A stretch of DNA of 64,000 bases from Lingula anatina (Eukaryota; Animalia; Brachiopoda). Below, one piece after another: positions 1 to 12,067 of this stretch (the stretch's first letter is position 1; each line of letters begins with the position of its first letter). The stretch is taken from assembly GCA_051362555.1 (NCBI GenBank), contig CM120641.1, positions 8,990,001 through 9,054,000 of the forward strand, written 5' to 3'. The translations under genes were made by a program, and so were the position numbers. The notes under the pieces are model-generated. The model worked only from the letters and a program-made list of their open reading frames with translations, did no database searches and was not told the DNA's origin.

Positions 1-803
1 GCATATTGATTGTAGTGTGAACAGGTCAACACGACATATTATGCAATTTATCATGAGCAGTATTCATTGGCAAAGATTAGGATGAGGGTGAAGAGTTGCA
101 GGGTAGGCTACCGCCTCCTGACATCCTAGATCCGTCAGTACCTTAATTGATCGTTTGGTTTCCGTTAAACAATTTACAAGAGCAGTATTAAAGTTTAAAG
201 TTTGTCTTAGGTCAAGCTACTGGTTGTCATTTGTTTCTTCCAGTACAGGTTCTGCATCTCATTTATATAGGAACCTGTCTGAGACCGTTTTAAAGAATGC
301 AACTCTTTGTTGCAAAAAAAAAAAAAAAACCTTTATACCACAAGAAATCTTTTCATCTGTTTTTGAAAATGACTACTTCACACTAAAAAGCAATTATCAC
401 AGAACTGCATTTCTCCATTTTCTGAAAATTAATACCTTTATGTATTGTATTTTGTGGTGAAATGAACTATTCCCGCCTTGATTTCCTTTATTTGATTAAG
501 GCATTCTTTAGGTCTCTAGCGATCTTGTCATCAACGCTTGAAAATGTCTGTGATTGAAGATAATTTTTTGATGGCGTGACGAAGACCAGTGCCCTTGAAG
601 CCCTACGTGTTCATCATGATAATGCCCATATGTGGTTTTCTGAAGTGATGAAGCAGTTTGTTTTCTTTCACAACCTCACACACTGGTAAATGAAAAAAGG
701 ATGATTGAAAACTATGTTTTTAAAAGAAAATACTTAGCACAGGATTATAAAAGATAAATATTCTCCTTTAAATTTTCTTATAATAAAGAAATCTCTTTTC
801 CAG

Positions 804-3800
804 GCAAGTCTTACAAACAGGTCTTTTGCCGAAGACCCAAATGAAGAAGACGCTAAGGTGGATATTAATGGGGGTGCGCCACAGTTAGACCCCCGGGTCA
901 CTACCCCAGGTGGGGGGTTCTTCATTGAGGTAGTCTTGACTTTGGTGGTGGTAATGAGTGTCTTGATGACCGCCATTGAAAGCCGTGGCAGGAATAAAGC
1001 AGCACCTGTGATCATAGGGACAACTATTGCAGTTTGCATAATGGCAGGGTATGTATTCTTAGAAGCCAGTTTCATTTCATTCTACACTATTTTAATTATT
1101 TTATTTAAAAGTTAAAAGGGTACGCTTGTGTGAATCAGTAAGCATAATGACTTCCTGACTAACAAATTATATGATTATAAAACATAAGTAATGATTAGTC
1201 TCGTTTTCAGGCGGTCAAGGCTTTTACAACCACTTTGCGTGCGTTTTCTCATTATTTGAAACTGTGTTTATTAAAAAAAGGCAGTCAGTAATGCCGCTTA
1301 AGTCTGATAATGATGATGCGCACTTTTCTATGCAAAATTCAGGTTTTCTGTCTTGTTACAAACTTATCTAGTTCGTCAGACTTGCACACATTGCAGATGG
1401 GGAGATCTGAGGGGGTGTAAAGATGACTTGATTCGAAAATTAAGAAGTCCCACTTATTTATGTCTGTTGAAAAGTAGGGGTAATAGGAATGATAATCCAC
1501 TGGAAACCGTAGTTCCTGCCCCATCACTTTGTATAGAGGTGATATTCGTCCGATTTTACTAACCCCCATACCTCCGCTAACAGACGAATAGTCACTCCCA
1601 TGCCTCCAATACATGAACCTTGATATTTTTTTCTTATTAAGTTTTTTTCTTGATTGGGGCTTCTGTACGCATCATATGGGACCCCGGGTATTCATTCCTA
1701 AAATTACCATTTCTGTCACAGCGCTTTTGAGCCTGCAACTGACTGGTGATGGCAATAAAATAGTCTACTTTCTCAATCATCTTTGTCGTCTCAGATCTTT
1801 GTCTAAAATTGATCATTAGACCCTGACTATATAAGAATAACTGATTTATCTTACGTAACAAATACCAAAGGCACTAAAGCCAGACAAAATTGACAAGTTG
1901 GTTAACGAGTGCGACCGACCCTAATTTGGAGTAAATAAAAAATTTTGGGCCCACATTTTTCAAGAGGGGAAAAATGCATGGGGCCTTGATGTTGTAAATA
2001 GCCCCAGGAAAAATGCCCACACTATGTATTTAAAGTCCCCCCTCCCCCCCCCCCCCCAAATTAAAAGAGAGAGAGAAGAAAAAAATACACCGATCAATTG
2101 CAGTGACCGTTAAACAATATGTTTTGAAATAAAAAAATGAATAAATATATACAGTATATAAGTAAGCTTGTAAACAAAGCTTATGGTTATTAGAGAGCTC
2201 AAAAGAGGTTTAAGTTATTTTTACGGATTATGTATAAATATCAGTAAATAAATGAAAATAAAATGCCGTCTATTAGATGTTGCCGCTAGAAAAGCAACTG
2301 TAACCATTTTCGTCTGCCTAACTTGCAAATATTAAAAAGGTAGCTGATTCTCTCTATGTAAGCAGTAAATTTGAATTAGTATAAGTAAAAAGGGGGTAAG
2401 ATGCGTAACGGTCCGCTCCTGGTACTTAACGATTTTCTTCTTTGAAAACGCAATTTTATGGCTCTGCTTACGCGAGAGTGACTCATGTTAAGTTTTGCAG
2501 TAGTAAACAATAAATTAAGTGGGATTACATGTGAACTAGAAAGTCCACAACACGTCTCTTAGAATCTTACTTACCCTGAACGTGTTGCTGTGGACGAAAT
2601 GTTGTGAACGGAGCAAATATGACTCAATCAATAGGTTGATTTATGCCTAGGACACGCCAAATAAGTTGTCAATTTTGACCAGACCTAATGAGTAAAGTTG
2701 ATGTATTTTTTTTTTTGACAGCTCTTTCTCTACGGGCGGCTGTATGAATACTGCTCGGGCCTTTGGTCCTGCTGTCGCAGTCTCTTCTTCCAACCCCGAC
2801 ATCTGGACGTATCACTGGATCTACTGGCTTGGACCTATAACTGGGGGATTGTTGGCCGGGGTCCTCTACAGGTAATAAAGATTCATTCCAGCTACCAAAT
2901 AATTGAAGTTGATTCGACAATAATCGCCCCTGTGCACTCTGAATCTCAGAGACTGTTTTCAAAAGTTACCTCTCTAGCCAACAATCTGCGGTCTTCAATA
3001 TACAGTATATGCCAATTCCTCTATGTAGAGTATATTTAGTATATTTCAACATTCATGCAAATGGTGAAAATCAGTTAAGAGGGGTGCAGTCTAAGGTTAT
3101 TTCCAAACAAAATTAAACTAAAGGCAAATTTCTTAGTCATGAATAGAATGATGCATATGATTATTTGTATAGTTTGTTGGCCTGATCTTTGGGACCACTA
3201 TGCATCTATAAAATCTACACATTATCTGTAAAAAAATCCCAAGTTCAAATCTCAATGTATAAAAAACTCTCCAGTGTATTTCAAACTTTTCTCGATACTG
3301 CATTATGATACTGTTTCTGATACTAGAACTTTAAAACGATCGTAATAAAGCTTTGCTGCTCTACACTTTCTTTCAAAACGCAAAGACAGAATTAAGCGTT
3401 TCGCAGTCTCACCTGTAGTCTCTGTGAAAAGGTAATTAATCAGCCTCACGCATACTTGCACACTGTTCTTAGCGTCTTTTAGCAAGCTATATTAAATCCC
3501 CTGACCTCTACCAAGAATACATATACATGTTTTTCCAAAGTTCACATGCAGGCCTGCTGTCCTCTTAAATTCGCGGTCAGTGACACTTCCACAACTGTGC
3601 ACTTGATCGACTCAGGGGAGACCTAGATTGCTGCATAGGGATTGTAAATTCGGTCATCCATCACTATGAATTTCATGGTCCCTGCTGCTGGAAAAAATGT
3701 TATTATCGTCTAGATAAATGCAGTTTAAGTCTGGAATACGGCCATCTTACAAAAAACCAAGGAAATTTCCCTTTTTTTAGATTATGTATTATGCGTCCAG

Positions 3801-6576
3801 GGACTAAAGTGAAGATTTTACATGCCAGATACAACTTTTACCTGTCACGGTGTTTGGTAGTTTTTTCGGGTAGCTGTTTCGGTACCTCTGCTGTATTATA
3901 TTTGCCACACGTTGTGGTAACAGCAACGGTTTTTATATTACCCCAAGTATATGTATTGACTTTCTAATTTTCCGGAAATTTGAAAACTAATTTACGCATT
4001 GTAATCTACCGATAATAGAGTATATCTTACCTTATGAAGCCAAAGCATGTTTCGCACGACCATCAGAGCAGTTGCTAGGTCATCATGTGTACATGTGCCT
4101 CAGTAGACTTTACCTTGATTTATGTTATTTGTTAGGGAAAAAATGGTAATAAACCAAATGGGCAGATAAATCATCTTGGCTAAATCAGAGAATTCAGGTA
4201 AAAGCTACATGTGTACATGGTTGCACAATAGATGTGCTATAGGATCAATTACATACATCATAACATATATGAAATAACAAGATCGGTGAAGGTAACTGAA
4301 ATAGATTTATGCCAGAAATTGCTTTGTCCTAGAGACATATAGATCACAAAATAAAAAACAATGATGATTACCCTTTTCCCCTAATAAAAGGACACTTTGT
4401 GTGTTTGCATGATTATGATATGTTATATTCAAAATCGAGTTCTAGCCCCAGTTTTTCGAATCCTTAGCCACGACAACTCAGACGTAAAATTTTACAGTCA
4501 GCGACGATTAAAAGAAACAATATCTTACCTTGCAAATATTAAAAAAATAGGTGAAAATAGTTGTAATAGCATTACACGTACAGACTTGACATTTAATATG
4601 GAATATTTCAGTTTCGAAGGTATGCCTAGGTAAAAATGCATTCTTTTTTCAAAAAACTCCGATCTCATATAAGATATGTGAATGGAGAAGTGTGTAGTCA
4701 GGTGTATCGCTTCCAATTAACTGAAAACCAGGTTTGTTGCGCTGCTGCATTATGTAATATGCAGTGATTTAATTGGGTAGTGCTCCTTTGGGCAGGTCAA
4801 AGCTTGGCTTTGGCAAAGCATGGTTATGTCAAAAAGTATCCATATGATGGCAACTACTGCATAGAAGAATTTGAAATTTTGCATGCAAGTGGTCTGTTTT
4901 ACAGTGTGTAAAATTAGCTATGCAGTGCACTGCAAATTTGTCAATCTGTGGCAGAATGGCGCGAAAAAGTCAGAGATTGCCAGACAGATAATTGCGCCAA
5001 ACGAAACGGTCCGCACAGTTTTATATAGTAATGCCCAGACTGATGTACCTACACAGAGGCCACACCCAATGTATTGAAATCTTTTCACCAGGGTACAGGA
5101 CTTACTGTCTGTCGGGATATGCTGTTGCAACTAAACAAAAACCACCCAGTCCATTCAGAATGAGGGCTAAATTGCCACAAAAACGCACTTTTCAAGGCCC
5201 TTAGCGAACACCAAACTGGTTTTAGCTGGTTAGAATACCAGACGACCTCAGGGGAACCCACTGTAAACAGCAAAACATCGTTGTATGTTTCTCTAATGAA
5301 TTGGGGACCTTGACCGTTTCTGAGTTGAACACTGAAACCTCGTGGCTTTCTTTATTGAGGTCAGATTTCACCTGTACCGCTCAACTAGTCAAAACAGAGT
5401 TTACAGACATACAGAAGAGACCAACGACTAAGCGTGTGCCGCGTCTAAAGTGACTAAGGTCATTAACAGCGTCAGTAATTGGAGTGGATACCACATTGGT
5501 GCCAAAACACCAATGATGGTCATCCACGAAAACCTGAACCAGATCAAATAAAGGAATAATCTGGGAACCACTTGACTATCATTTGATAGGGGGTACTTTA
5601 GGAACAATTTTAGGTTGCACGGTGAGATTGCCGGTTCACAAAGAGCACTTTTAATAGCAGATTACTTACAGAACCAAGGGAATGCTCAGGTACCTTGGTC
5701 ATCAAAATCGCCATATTTGAACCACATAGACAATATGTGGGTAGGCCATTACTCGCCGAATCAACGGCCTACGTGTTCTACAACAAAACTGGACCAAATT
5801 GGACAGATTTTGACCCATGCCTGGAATGTTATTCCAGATTGAACTCTAAAAACCTAACCCAAGGAATGCCTTGCCACTTGAGAGCGCTGGTAGCAGACAG
5901 AAGAGGTCAAGCGTAACAGCGACCATTACTGTGACTAGACACTGACATGGGGGTTCTTTGTGAGGCGTGTAACTCTTTTACAGAAAATAATTTGGAAAAT
6001 ATGGAGATCCAAAATATCTCTTTTAATTATTGTCGTATGACATAGAATAGGCAATGTGTTTTTGTTTGCTTCTCTGGCGAATCCCATTAATGAACTGATG
6101 TCACAATGACATCAAAGAAATAATTAAAAGTTATTTAAACACGATTTTAATCCTTATTTACATTTATCAGTCAGCAAAATAGGAAAAAACTGATGAAAAA
6201 TGATTGGGAAAAAAATATTCCATATTAAATGTCAAGTCTGTATTTAAACTTAAACTAATGAATTAATTAGATTTTTTGCCTCATCTACTAATGCAAACGA
6301 ACATGATGATTTTTGAAGAAAGTTATATTAAAAAAGGAAACTAAAATATGCTTATACAATTACAGGCTGTTAAAAAGATCTGGCTGGTCAGCACCGATAG
6401 AAAAGCGATCCATCGAACTGGAGGAAAAAAACGCAGACGATGAGCTCGGCTTGGACCACAGTGGCTACCAAACAATCCCTGATCGTGGCGGACTTATGAA
6501 AACAGGGAGTAAAGACGTAATGGAGGATAGCAGCATCTTTGAAATTGACGAGACTCCAAAGAAACCTGCAAAATAA
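804..6576 (+). CDS. AQP8: Aquaporin, AQP8-like (last 3 coding exons; 5' part lies outside the window)
   Basis: Phase-consistent exons 804-1048, 2722-2871 and 6366-6576 with canonical AG/GT. They translate to ...[66 protein letters not shown]...[27 protein letters not shown]...*. This is MIP TM4-TM6 with an AQP8-type [14 protein letters not shown] loop E. Confidence 0.88.
4493..6044 (+). mobile_element. Degenerate Tc1/mariner DNA transposon in the aquaporin intron
   Basis: Frameshifted transposase remnants: HTH-like [15 protein letters not shown] (~4945-4995) and [15 protein letters not shown] (~5696-5740), a decayed WPxxSPDLNPIENxW motif. Eroded terminal inverted repeats: left TACAGTCAGCGACGATTAAAAGA...TGTAATAGCATTACACG; right, reverse-complemented, TATGTCATACGACAATAATTAAAAGA...TGTAAAAGAGTTACACG. 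Confidence 0.75.
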
Positions 6577-6998
6577 CCTTTCATGACGTTCCAGATATAG
6601 CTGGCAAAATTATAATTAAATGAAATGAAATTGCCTCAGAGAAGCAGATGTGATTTATTGGATGCAATCTGTACATCCGTGTTTCCTCAACTAACGCAAC
6701 GACTTTTCATACATGTAACCGTTTCTGCAATTCATTGGAATAAATACGCATGAATTATGTTATTATTTCCCGGGGCTGGGTGGGGTAACTTGTATAGATT
6801 AATCGAATCTTTTATTGTTATCAACTCCATGAAATATGTTCAGTTGGTTTTGTCACCAAGGAAAAAATGATGCAACGAAAGAAACTCTTTTTCGTAATAT
6901 TCAAGTGTTTGTTATATTAAAACATTTTTGAATAAAATCTCAACAGTCAATTTCTAAAAGATTTACCAAACAGAGATTTGACCGACATCAGTCGTACT

Positions 6999-7130
6999 GT
7001 TACGTCACAATCAAATACTATCTTGTCGACGGAGTTCAAATAAGTTACGTCACAATGAGGCACTGTGGAAGGCCTGTCTACTCCTGACGTCACGGTGTAT
7101 TTTATGACGTAGCAACCCATCCATAACAAC
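6999..7130 (+). promoter_or_regulatory. Promoter with clustered CRE/ATF sites and RFX X-box-like half sites
   Basis: GTTACGTCACAAT twice (6999, 7044), a perfect TGACGTCA at 7085-7092, TGACGTAGCAAC at ~7105 and CCATAACAAC at 7121. All lie within ~180 bp upstream of ATG 7180. Confidence 0.55.
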
Positions 7131-7179
7131 ATCACAGACCGCTAGCTTTCTTTATACACGTTAACTGAAACTTCAACCA

Positions 7180-8271
7180 ATGAACAGAGATAAAGACAGG
7201 TCTTTTCGCAAGAATAACGACAGGCAAGCAAGACCAGCTAAAACACCTACTAGCGACCGGTTTCGAAGTCACAGGTAAAACAAATGACCACGTCCGTGCT
7301 GTAGAGGCTGTAAAGTAGGAAAGAAACATGACGCGTACGCGTACAATCTTATACCTCTAACACCTTGTATACATTATTGCAAGATTAATTAATTCTAGTA
7401 TATGTATTCAGATTTATTAACTTTTTATTTTTTATTTATCACCGTTAGTATTTCTAATTAGATAATCTTTGGTGTCCATTTTTTCTTCCACTGCAGTGAG
7501 GTACGTTCACCTACACCATACCCCACTCATCACCAAAGGCCGTGCTCCCGCAGTCAGAGCTGTTCCTCCTGTTCGCACAAAGGTGGTTCCTTCCTCCCAC
7601 CAATAACCGAGAACCAGTACACATGTAGAATGAAAGAAACCAAAAAGGTTCAAAAGACAAAAGATGGTCAATCCACAAATGGGCAAACAGTAGTTCTTCG
7701 TAGAAGAGGCGGGGGACAAGCAATGGCCTTTCTAGATTTTCATCCTCCCGCTGCTGTTAAAAATAAGCCTTCTAAATTTGAACTTTTAGACCAAGACGTT
7801 CTGGAGGACGACGAGGAAGAAATGCTCCGCTCCGAATCCACCCTCACAATACCGGCTACTAGTAATATCCCTGTATTTACTTCAAAAAGAGATGTCAGCA
7901 GCGCCTTAGACAGAGGCCGTCCGCGAAAACTGAGTCCAATCAAGAGCAAAGTAAAATCAATTAAAAGAACCATCAAGAAGACGAAGAATATTCATGTGGT
8001 GGACTGGAAGATAAAAGTCGAGCAGGCCCAAAATCGTCGTGATGCACGACTTAAGAAAGAAGCCGCCCGTCGCAAGGAATTAGAAGAGAGAAAATTGAAA
8101 AAGGTTGAAAAAAGAAACCGTGAACTAGAAAGAAAAACACAAGAATTTGAAGAGAAAATTAGAAGAAAAGAACAAGAAGCTAAACTACGTCGTGAGCAGA
8201 TTGTAGGACAGACCAAATCCCGCGTGAATCAACTTATTCACGGAAAGCAGCTCCCGTCTAATCGCCATTAA
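7180..8271 (+). CDS. Uncharacterised ~289-aa Lys/Arg/Glu-rich coiled-coil protein (2 exons)
   Basis: Exon 7180-7274 (ATG...CACAG|GTAAAA) splices in phase 2 to 7497-8271 (polypyrimidine CTGCAG|) and is in frame with the 213-aa ORF. AATAAA at 8405. The C-terminal region is a charged helical/coiled-coil stretch. Confidence 0.75.
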
Positions 8272-8457
8272 ATGAGCAACACGATTTTACTTTTAAAGAA
8301 ACATAATTTTCATCTTCCTGAAGACATACGTTTTAATCTCACGAACCCTATTACCTTTATAACAAGACTACACTTCCATTTTTCTGTCAATTTTCATAAT
8401 ATCAAATAAAGATGCTGCAAAGTTAATTTCATTTTCATTTTTATTTGTGATATGAGA

Positions 8458-8626
8458 CAGGCACGTAGCCAGGCCAGGGGGGGGGGGGGAGGGGGAGTTT
8501 CTGGGGATTCGAAAGAACCCCCCTTTTTTGCCTGGAAGGTTCCCTCTGGGTAAAATTTTATCATAGTAAAAGGTCCACTTTTTCAGAAAAGGAACACCTC
8601 TTTTGAAGTTGCCGGCTACGGGCCTG
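8458..8626. mobile_element. Short non-autonomous TIR element (MITE)
   Basis: 13-bp terminal inverted repeats CAGGCACGTAGCC / GGCTACGGGCCTG (1 mismatch) around G-run/C-run internal sequence. No clear TSD. Confidence 0.7.
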
Positions 8627-9328
8627 TAAGATAATTACATTCTAAATATCTTGACAGAATGCAGACAGCACTTCAATGGTATTTCACCAAATTTTAAACG
8701 TACGTGCGCTTATGAAAATAAATTTTTGACTCAGTTTCCTCAAAGATAAAAAAAATTTAGAGAAAAAATGATCGTATATTAACCTTTAATCGTACTCCTA
8801 TACATGACAAATATTTTCTTGGCCAAAGAAATAAATCTGTTGTCATTCATATAATGTTTATTTCAAGATACAACGAAAGAGGTTTTTCATGGTCTTAAAA
8901 TAGGATGATAAAACGGAACTATAAGTATAAAATAACTCTTAATAAAAAGAGTAACATTTACATGCAACCAAAAGTCGAACGGTACAATTCTAATACCAAA
9001 GATGTTAATTGTAAGAAAGACATATTGGATATTAACACATTTTCTAAAATGCATTTTAGGAACTGCATTAGAATATATTTTTTTGGATGTATTTGGTAAA
9101 ATCATATAATTAAAAGTCGACAACGCCCAGGGAATTAAAGTCCTTGTACTCAGTTTTGGCACTTTCAAACTTTATTTTATCAGTTCGTAAATTATTCCTA
9201 TAGACTACCTGTTATGCTTTGTTCACTAAGTAAACGAGATAAAATATTTCCGAATAACGTATTTCAAATCAGACATTCTTGAGTACCTCTTCCATAGTAA
9301 ATGTTATCAACTGACATCAAAGCTCTCT

Positions 9329-11398
9329 TTACAAAATTTCCTCGGTAATAGACAGACCCGTGTGTCCATCCCAGCAGGCCATCTCGCCATCACAACGATT
9401 CATAGTAAACGGTTGTTCCAGCGAGGGCTTGTATCTAATCTTGATCATGTGAGAATGGCCATATTCCTCAGTGGTAATCATTGTGACAGGTAGACCGTTC
9501 TTTAAGTCGTCCACGTCGCTTGGGGAAAGATCCATCCAGTGCACGTGGGGACCAGGGGGGCTACGGGTAGCAGGCAGCACCATAAGTGTGACACCATCTT
9601 GGTATTTGGTATCTTCCGTAGCGTCGGTGTCACTGCCTGCTTGGCCACCCTCCGATCCACCTGGACGCTCACGATACATCTTCAGATATCTTGTGTGTTC
9701 CATAACTATATCTTTTAAGGAATCCAGCTCTTTCCATATCGGGTTCCCTTCATTGTGTAGCGGCATGATTGGATATCTCTGTCGCAGAATCCCAACACCT
9801 GGAATGTTTGGGAAGGACACACGCACGCCCGATGAAGTCAACGCCCGTACGTTTCCTTCAGGATCCAATACACCAACGGATCCACGAAATGTATCGGCTT
9901 TGTCGGAGTCGAGTACTCTCCCTTGGAAAAATTCGGCAGGGGTGAGATTGTACAGCTTACTATTTGCACCATTATATGCGGTCTTTGATGTTATGCCGCC
10001 ATAACGGCTTTCGTTCTCTGTTACCGTTTGTCCCAGCTCGGTTTCTGCGTCGCCTTTGTATTCTATCCCGTACGGATTCCACGTTGAAAGAGGAGTGAGG
10101 TAAATCACCTCCAATGGGATAGCGTATGTCCATTTCTGTTGATAATTTTGACAAATTTGGCGGCGGTCGTCTGAGTTTTTGCAATCGCGTAGCCCCATTC
10201 CCGCTATCCGAGGCTGCGTAGTCATTGCCATGAAGAGACTTCTGTCAGAGAAACCTCGCTTCCGAATCGCTAAACCCATTGCCCCAGGTTTCACCTCTTT
10301 CCACCAGCGATGGTAATACGCTGTATTAACTTTGTCGCCATTAAGGTCAATTGTGTGAGCCGGATTGTCAAAAGCTTCGTCAGTCAGTTGAGCTCCGTAA
10401 TTGTCCTTGCCTGGAATTTCGCTCATGAGTTCGTCTAACAACCCATAATGTTGCTGTAATCTGTCTATCCACGAGCCTTTGTCGCGTGGGTTCAGCTGAA
10501 ACCTTGCGCGGCGGGACATACCGTGGTCCTTCAGGGTCCGCAGATACATCATTCTGGGACTCAGATCGTCGACTACACGAAATCTATTGGTGCGCAAATC
10601 GCGAGTAAGGGGATGGCATAAAATTCGGTAGTTCCACTGCGCAAAAACGGGATCAGATCCGTTAATGATATCCAAAATTGTGGACGGCAAATATGCATAG
10701 TTCTCCAAGGAACTTTTACGACCATTATAGGAGGTGAAACGAATCTTGTTTTGTAGATCTTCCCAACTGGTTGCATCAAGCCAGTGACGGTCGCTTTTAA
10801 AAGGCTCCTCTATATCGTCCCAGGCATCCGTTGTCCAGGCTCCTTCCATGTAACACAGGATAGGCTTGAAGTATTGACGATAGTCTCGCACGGTGTGGTT
10901 TTGGTCCCGCCACGCCTTGAACCACTCTCGCATTTCTTCAATCTGATCTTCAACCTTTGCTTTCTGGGTGACTTCGGGTGGGACATCTGGGAATTGTATT
11001 TCTTCTGTGGCGTGATATTCTTTTGATGTTGTGCTAGGTTTATGTAAGAGGTAATCATTGTGACGGGTACGGAATTCAACCCCGTTCATTACGACTATAA
11101 CTTCTCCCAGTCCAATTGTTCTGATGTGGTTTGAGTGGTCGTGTAGAGCCGCAATTCCTTTCTTAGAGGTATGGCTTGGAAGATGATACACTTTTGTCCC
11201 TTCGTTATTGATGCGACATTGTTTAATTCCAGAGTCCCCATCACTGCGAATCCTTTCTTCCACGTATTGCTGTTGGAGCATGAGCTGTCTCGCTAATTTG
11301 TTGACGGTTGCTTGGAGGGACTCTACGTCCACCTTTGCCCACGTACTTGACACCCACACGACGACAAAACACAGCTGCAACTCCCGTGAAAATACCAT
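9329..11398 (-). CDS. Uncharacterised secreted protein, 689 aa, single coding exon, with His-cluster motifs
   Basis: Uninterrupted 2070-bp ORF. The likely start is MVFSRELQLCFVVVWVSSTWA (signal peptide), just after a splice acceptor TTTATTAG|(11412); the first 35 aa of the listed ORF are intronic. Upstream non-coding exon ends at 11940 (CAG|GTAAAA). TATAAATA at ~12068-12075. Confidence 0.9.
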   Translation of the reverse strand: MVFSRELQLCFVVVWVSSTWAKVDVESLQATVNKLARQLMLQQQYVEERIRSDGDSGIKQCRINNEGTKVYHLPSHTSKKGIAALHDHSNHIRTIGLGEVIVVMNGVEFRTRHNDYLLHKPSTTSKEYHATEEIQFPDVPPEVTQKAKVEDQIEEMREWFKAWRDQNHTVRDYRQYFKPILCYMEGAWTTDAWDDIEEPFKSDRHWLDATSWEDLQNKIRFTSYNGRKSSLENYAYLPSTILDIINGSDPVFAQWNYRILCHPLTRDLRTNRFRVVDDLSPRMMYLRTLKDHGMSRRARFQLNPRDKGSWIDRLQQHYGLLDELMSEIPGKDNYGAQLTDEAFDNPAHTIDLNGDKVNTAYYHRWWKEVKPGAMGLAIRKRGFSDRSLFMAMTTQPRIAGMGLRDCKNSDDRRQICQNYQQKWTYAIPLEVIYLTPLSTWNPYGIEYKGDAETELGQTVTENESRYGGITSKTAYNGANSKLYNLTPAEFFQGRVLDSDKADTFRGSVGVLDPEGNVRALTSSGVRVSFPNIPGVGILRQRYPIMPLHNEGNPIWKELDSLKDIVMEHTRYLKMYRERPGGSEGGQAGSDTDATEDTKYQDGVTLMVLPATRSPPGPHVHWMDLSPSDVDDLKNGLPVTMITTEEYGHSHMIKIRYKPSLEQPFTMNRCDGEMACWDGHTGLSITEEIL

Positions 11399-12067
11399 AG
11401 TCTTTAGATGACCTAATAAAAAATAAACATATGAAATAACTCTTCTAAGTCGTTTATAAAAATTGATATATATTTTGATATTTTGTTCCTGAGCATTTAT
11501 CATTCAGCAACGAGACATGGTAAGTCACTTGTCGCTGTCTTGTTCACAAAGTGTTTAAAGCCAGTCTAGAAAATCTAAACACTGCCTCTCAAGTGAAAAC
11601 AGAAATTGAATTTGGTTTTAGAGAAATTAGCTACGCAAAACAGAGTTAAGCCTCACCTAACTTTCTTTAAAATGCTGCCAAATAAGACCGTACAGTGGTG
11701 ATATAGGCCACAATTTATATTGCTCACGGTTTCCAGGCACCATGTGACCAAGGTCAAATTCAAATGACTACAAATACATATACCATTTCCTAGTAGATTA
11801 AATTTGATGACAAACCAGCATCGAAGACCATTAAACCCAATCAACTTAAAACTTATAACAGATTTGACCAGTTCAAATTCTTATTTAATTTTGTAGATTA
11901 TATAAAATGTAACGTTTGTCAATACTTTAGCCTTTTTACCTGTTGATCTAACCCGGTGTTTAACAGAAAAAAGCAACTTCTTTTCCACATTTTCAACCTT
12001 TCATTTAAAGACCCTCAAGTAGATATCTACATGCAGCACCGTGGGAAATCCATAGCAAAGTTGGCAG

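Noticed and set aside
926-945. TGAGGTAGT let-7-like seed
   Set aside because: It lies within the aquaporin coding exon, the remainder does not match let-7, and there is no hairpin.
1339-2060. Short ORFs and locally GC-richer patches in the aquaporin intron
   Set aside because: There are no recognisable protein motifs or paired termini. It may be decayed repeat sequence but cannot be supported.
9329-11398. Contaminant or recent bacterial insertion suggested by higher GC/CpG and lack of introns
   Set aside because: A TATA box, 5'UTR intron and eukaryotic-type signal peptide are present, and the whole 1-13 kb region is CpG-rich. Composition alone is not evidence of HGT.
9471-11411. Plus-strand ORFs (e.g. 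177 aa at 9471-10004) opposite the secreted-protein gene
   Set aside because: These are antisense shadows of a real CDS with no independent start, splice or motif support.
11399-11503. First 35 aa of the 724-aa ORF
   Set aside because: The sequence is AT-rich and intronic, upstream of the acceptor at 11412. The signal peptide begins at ATG 11398.
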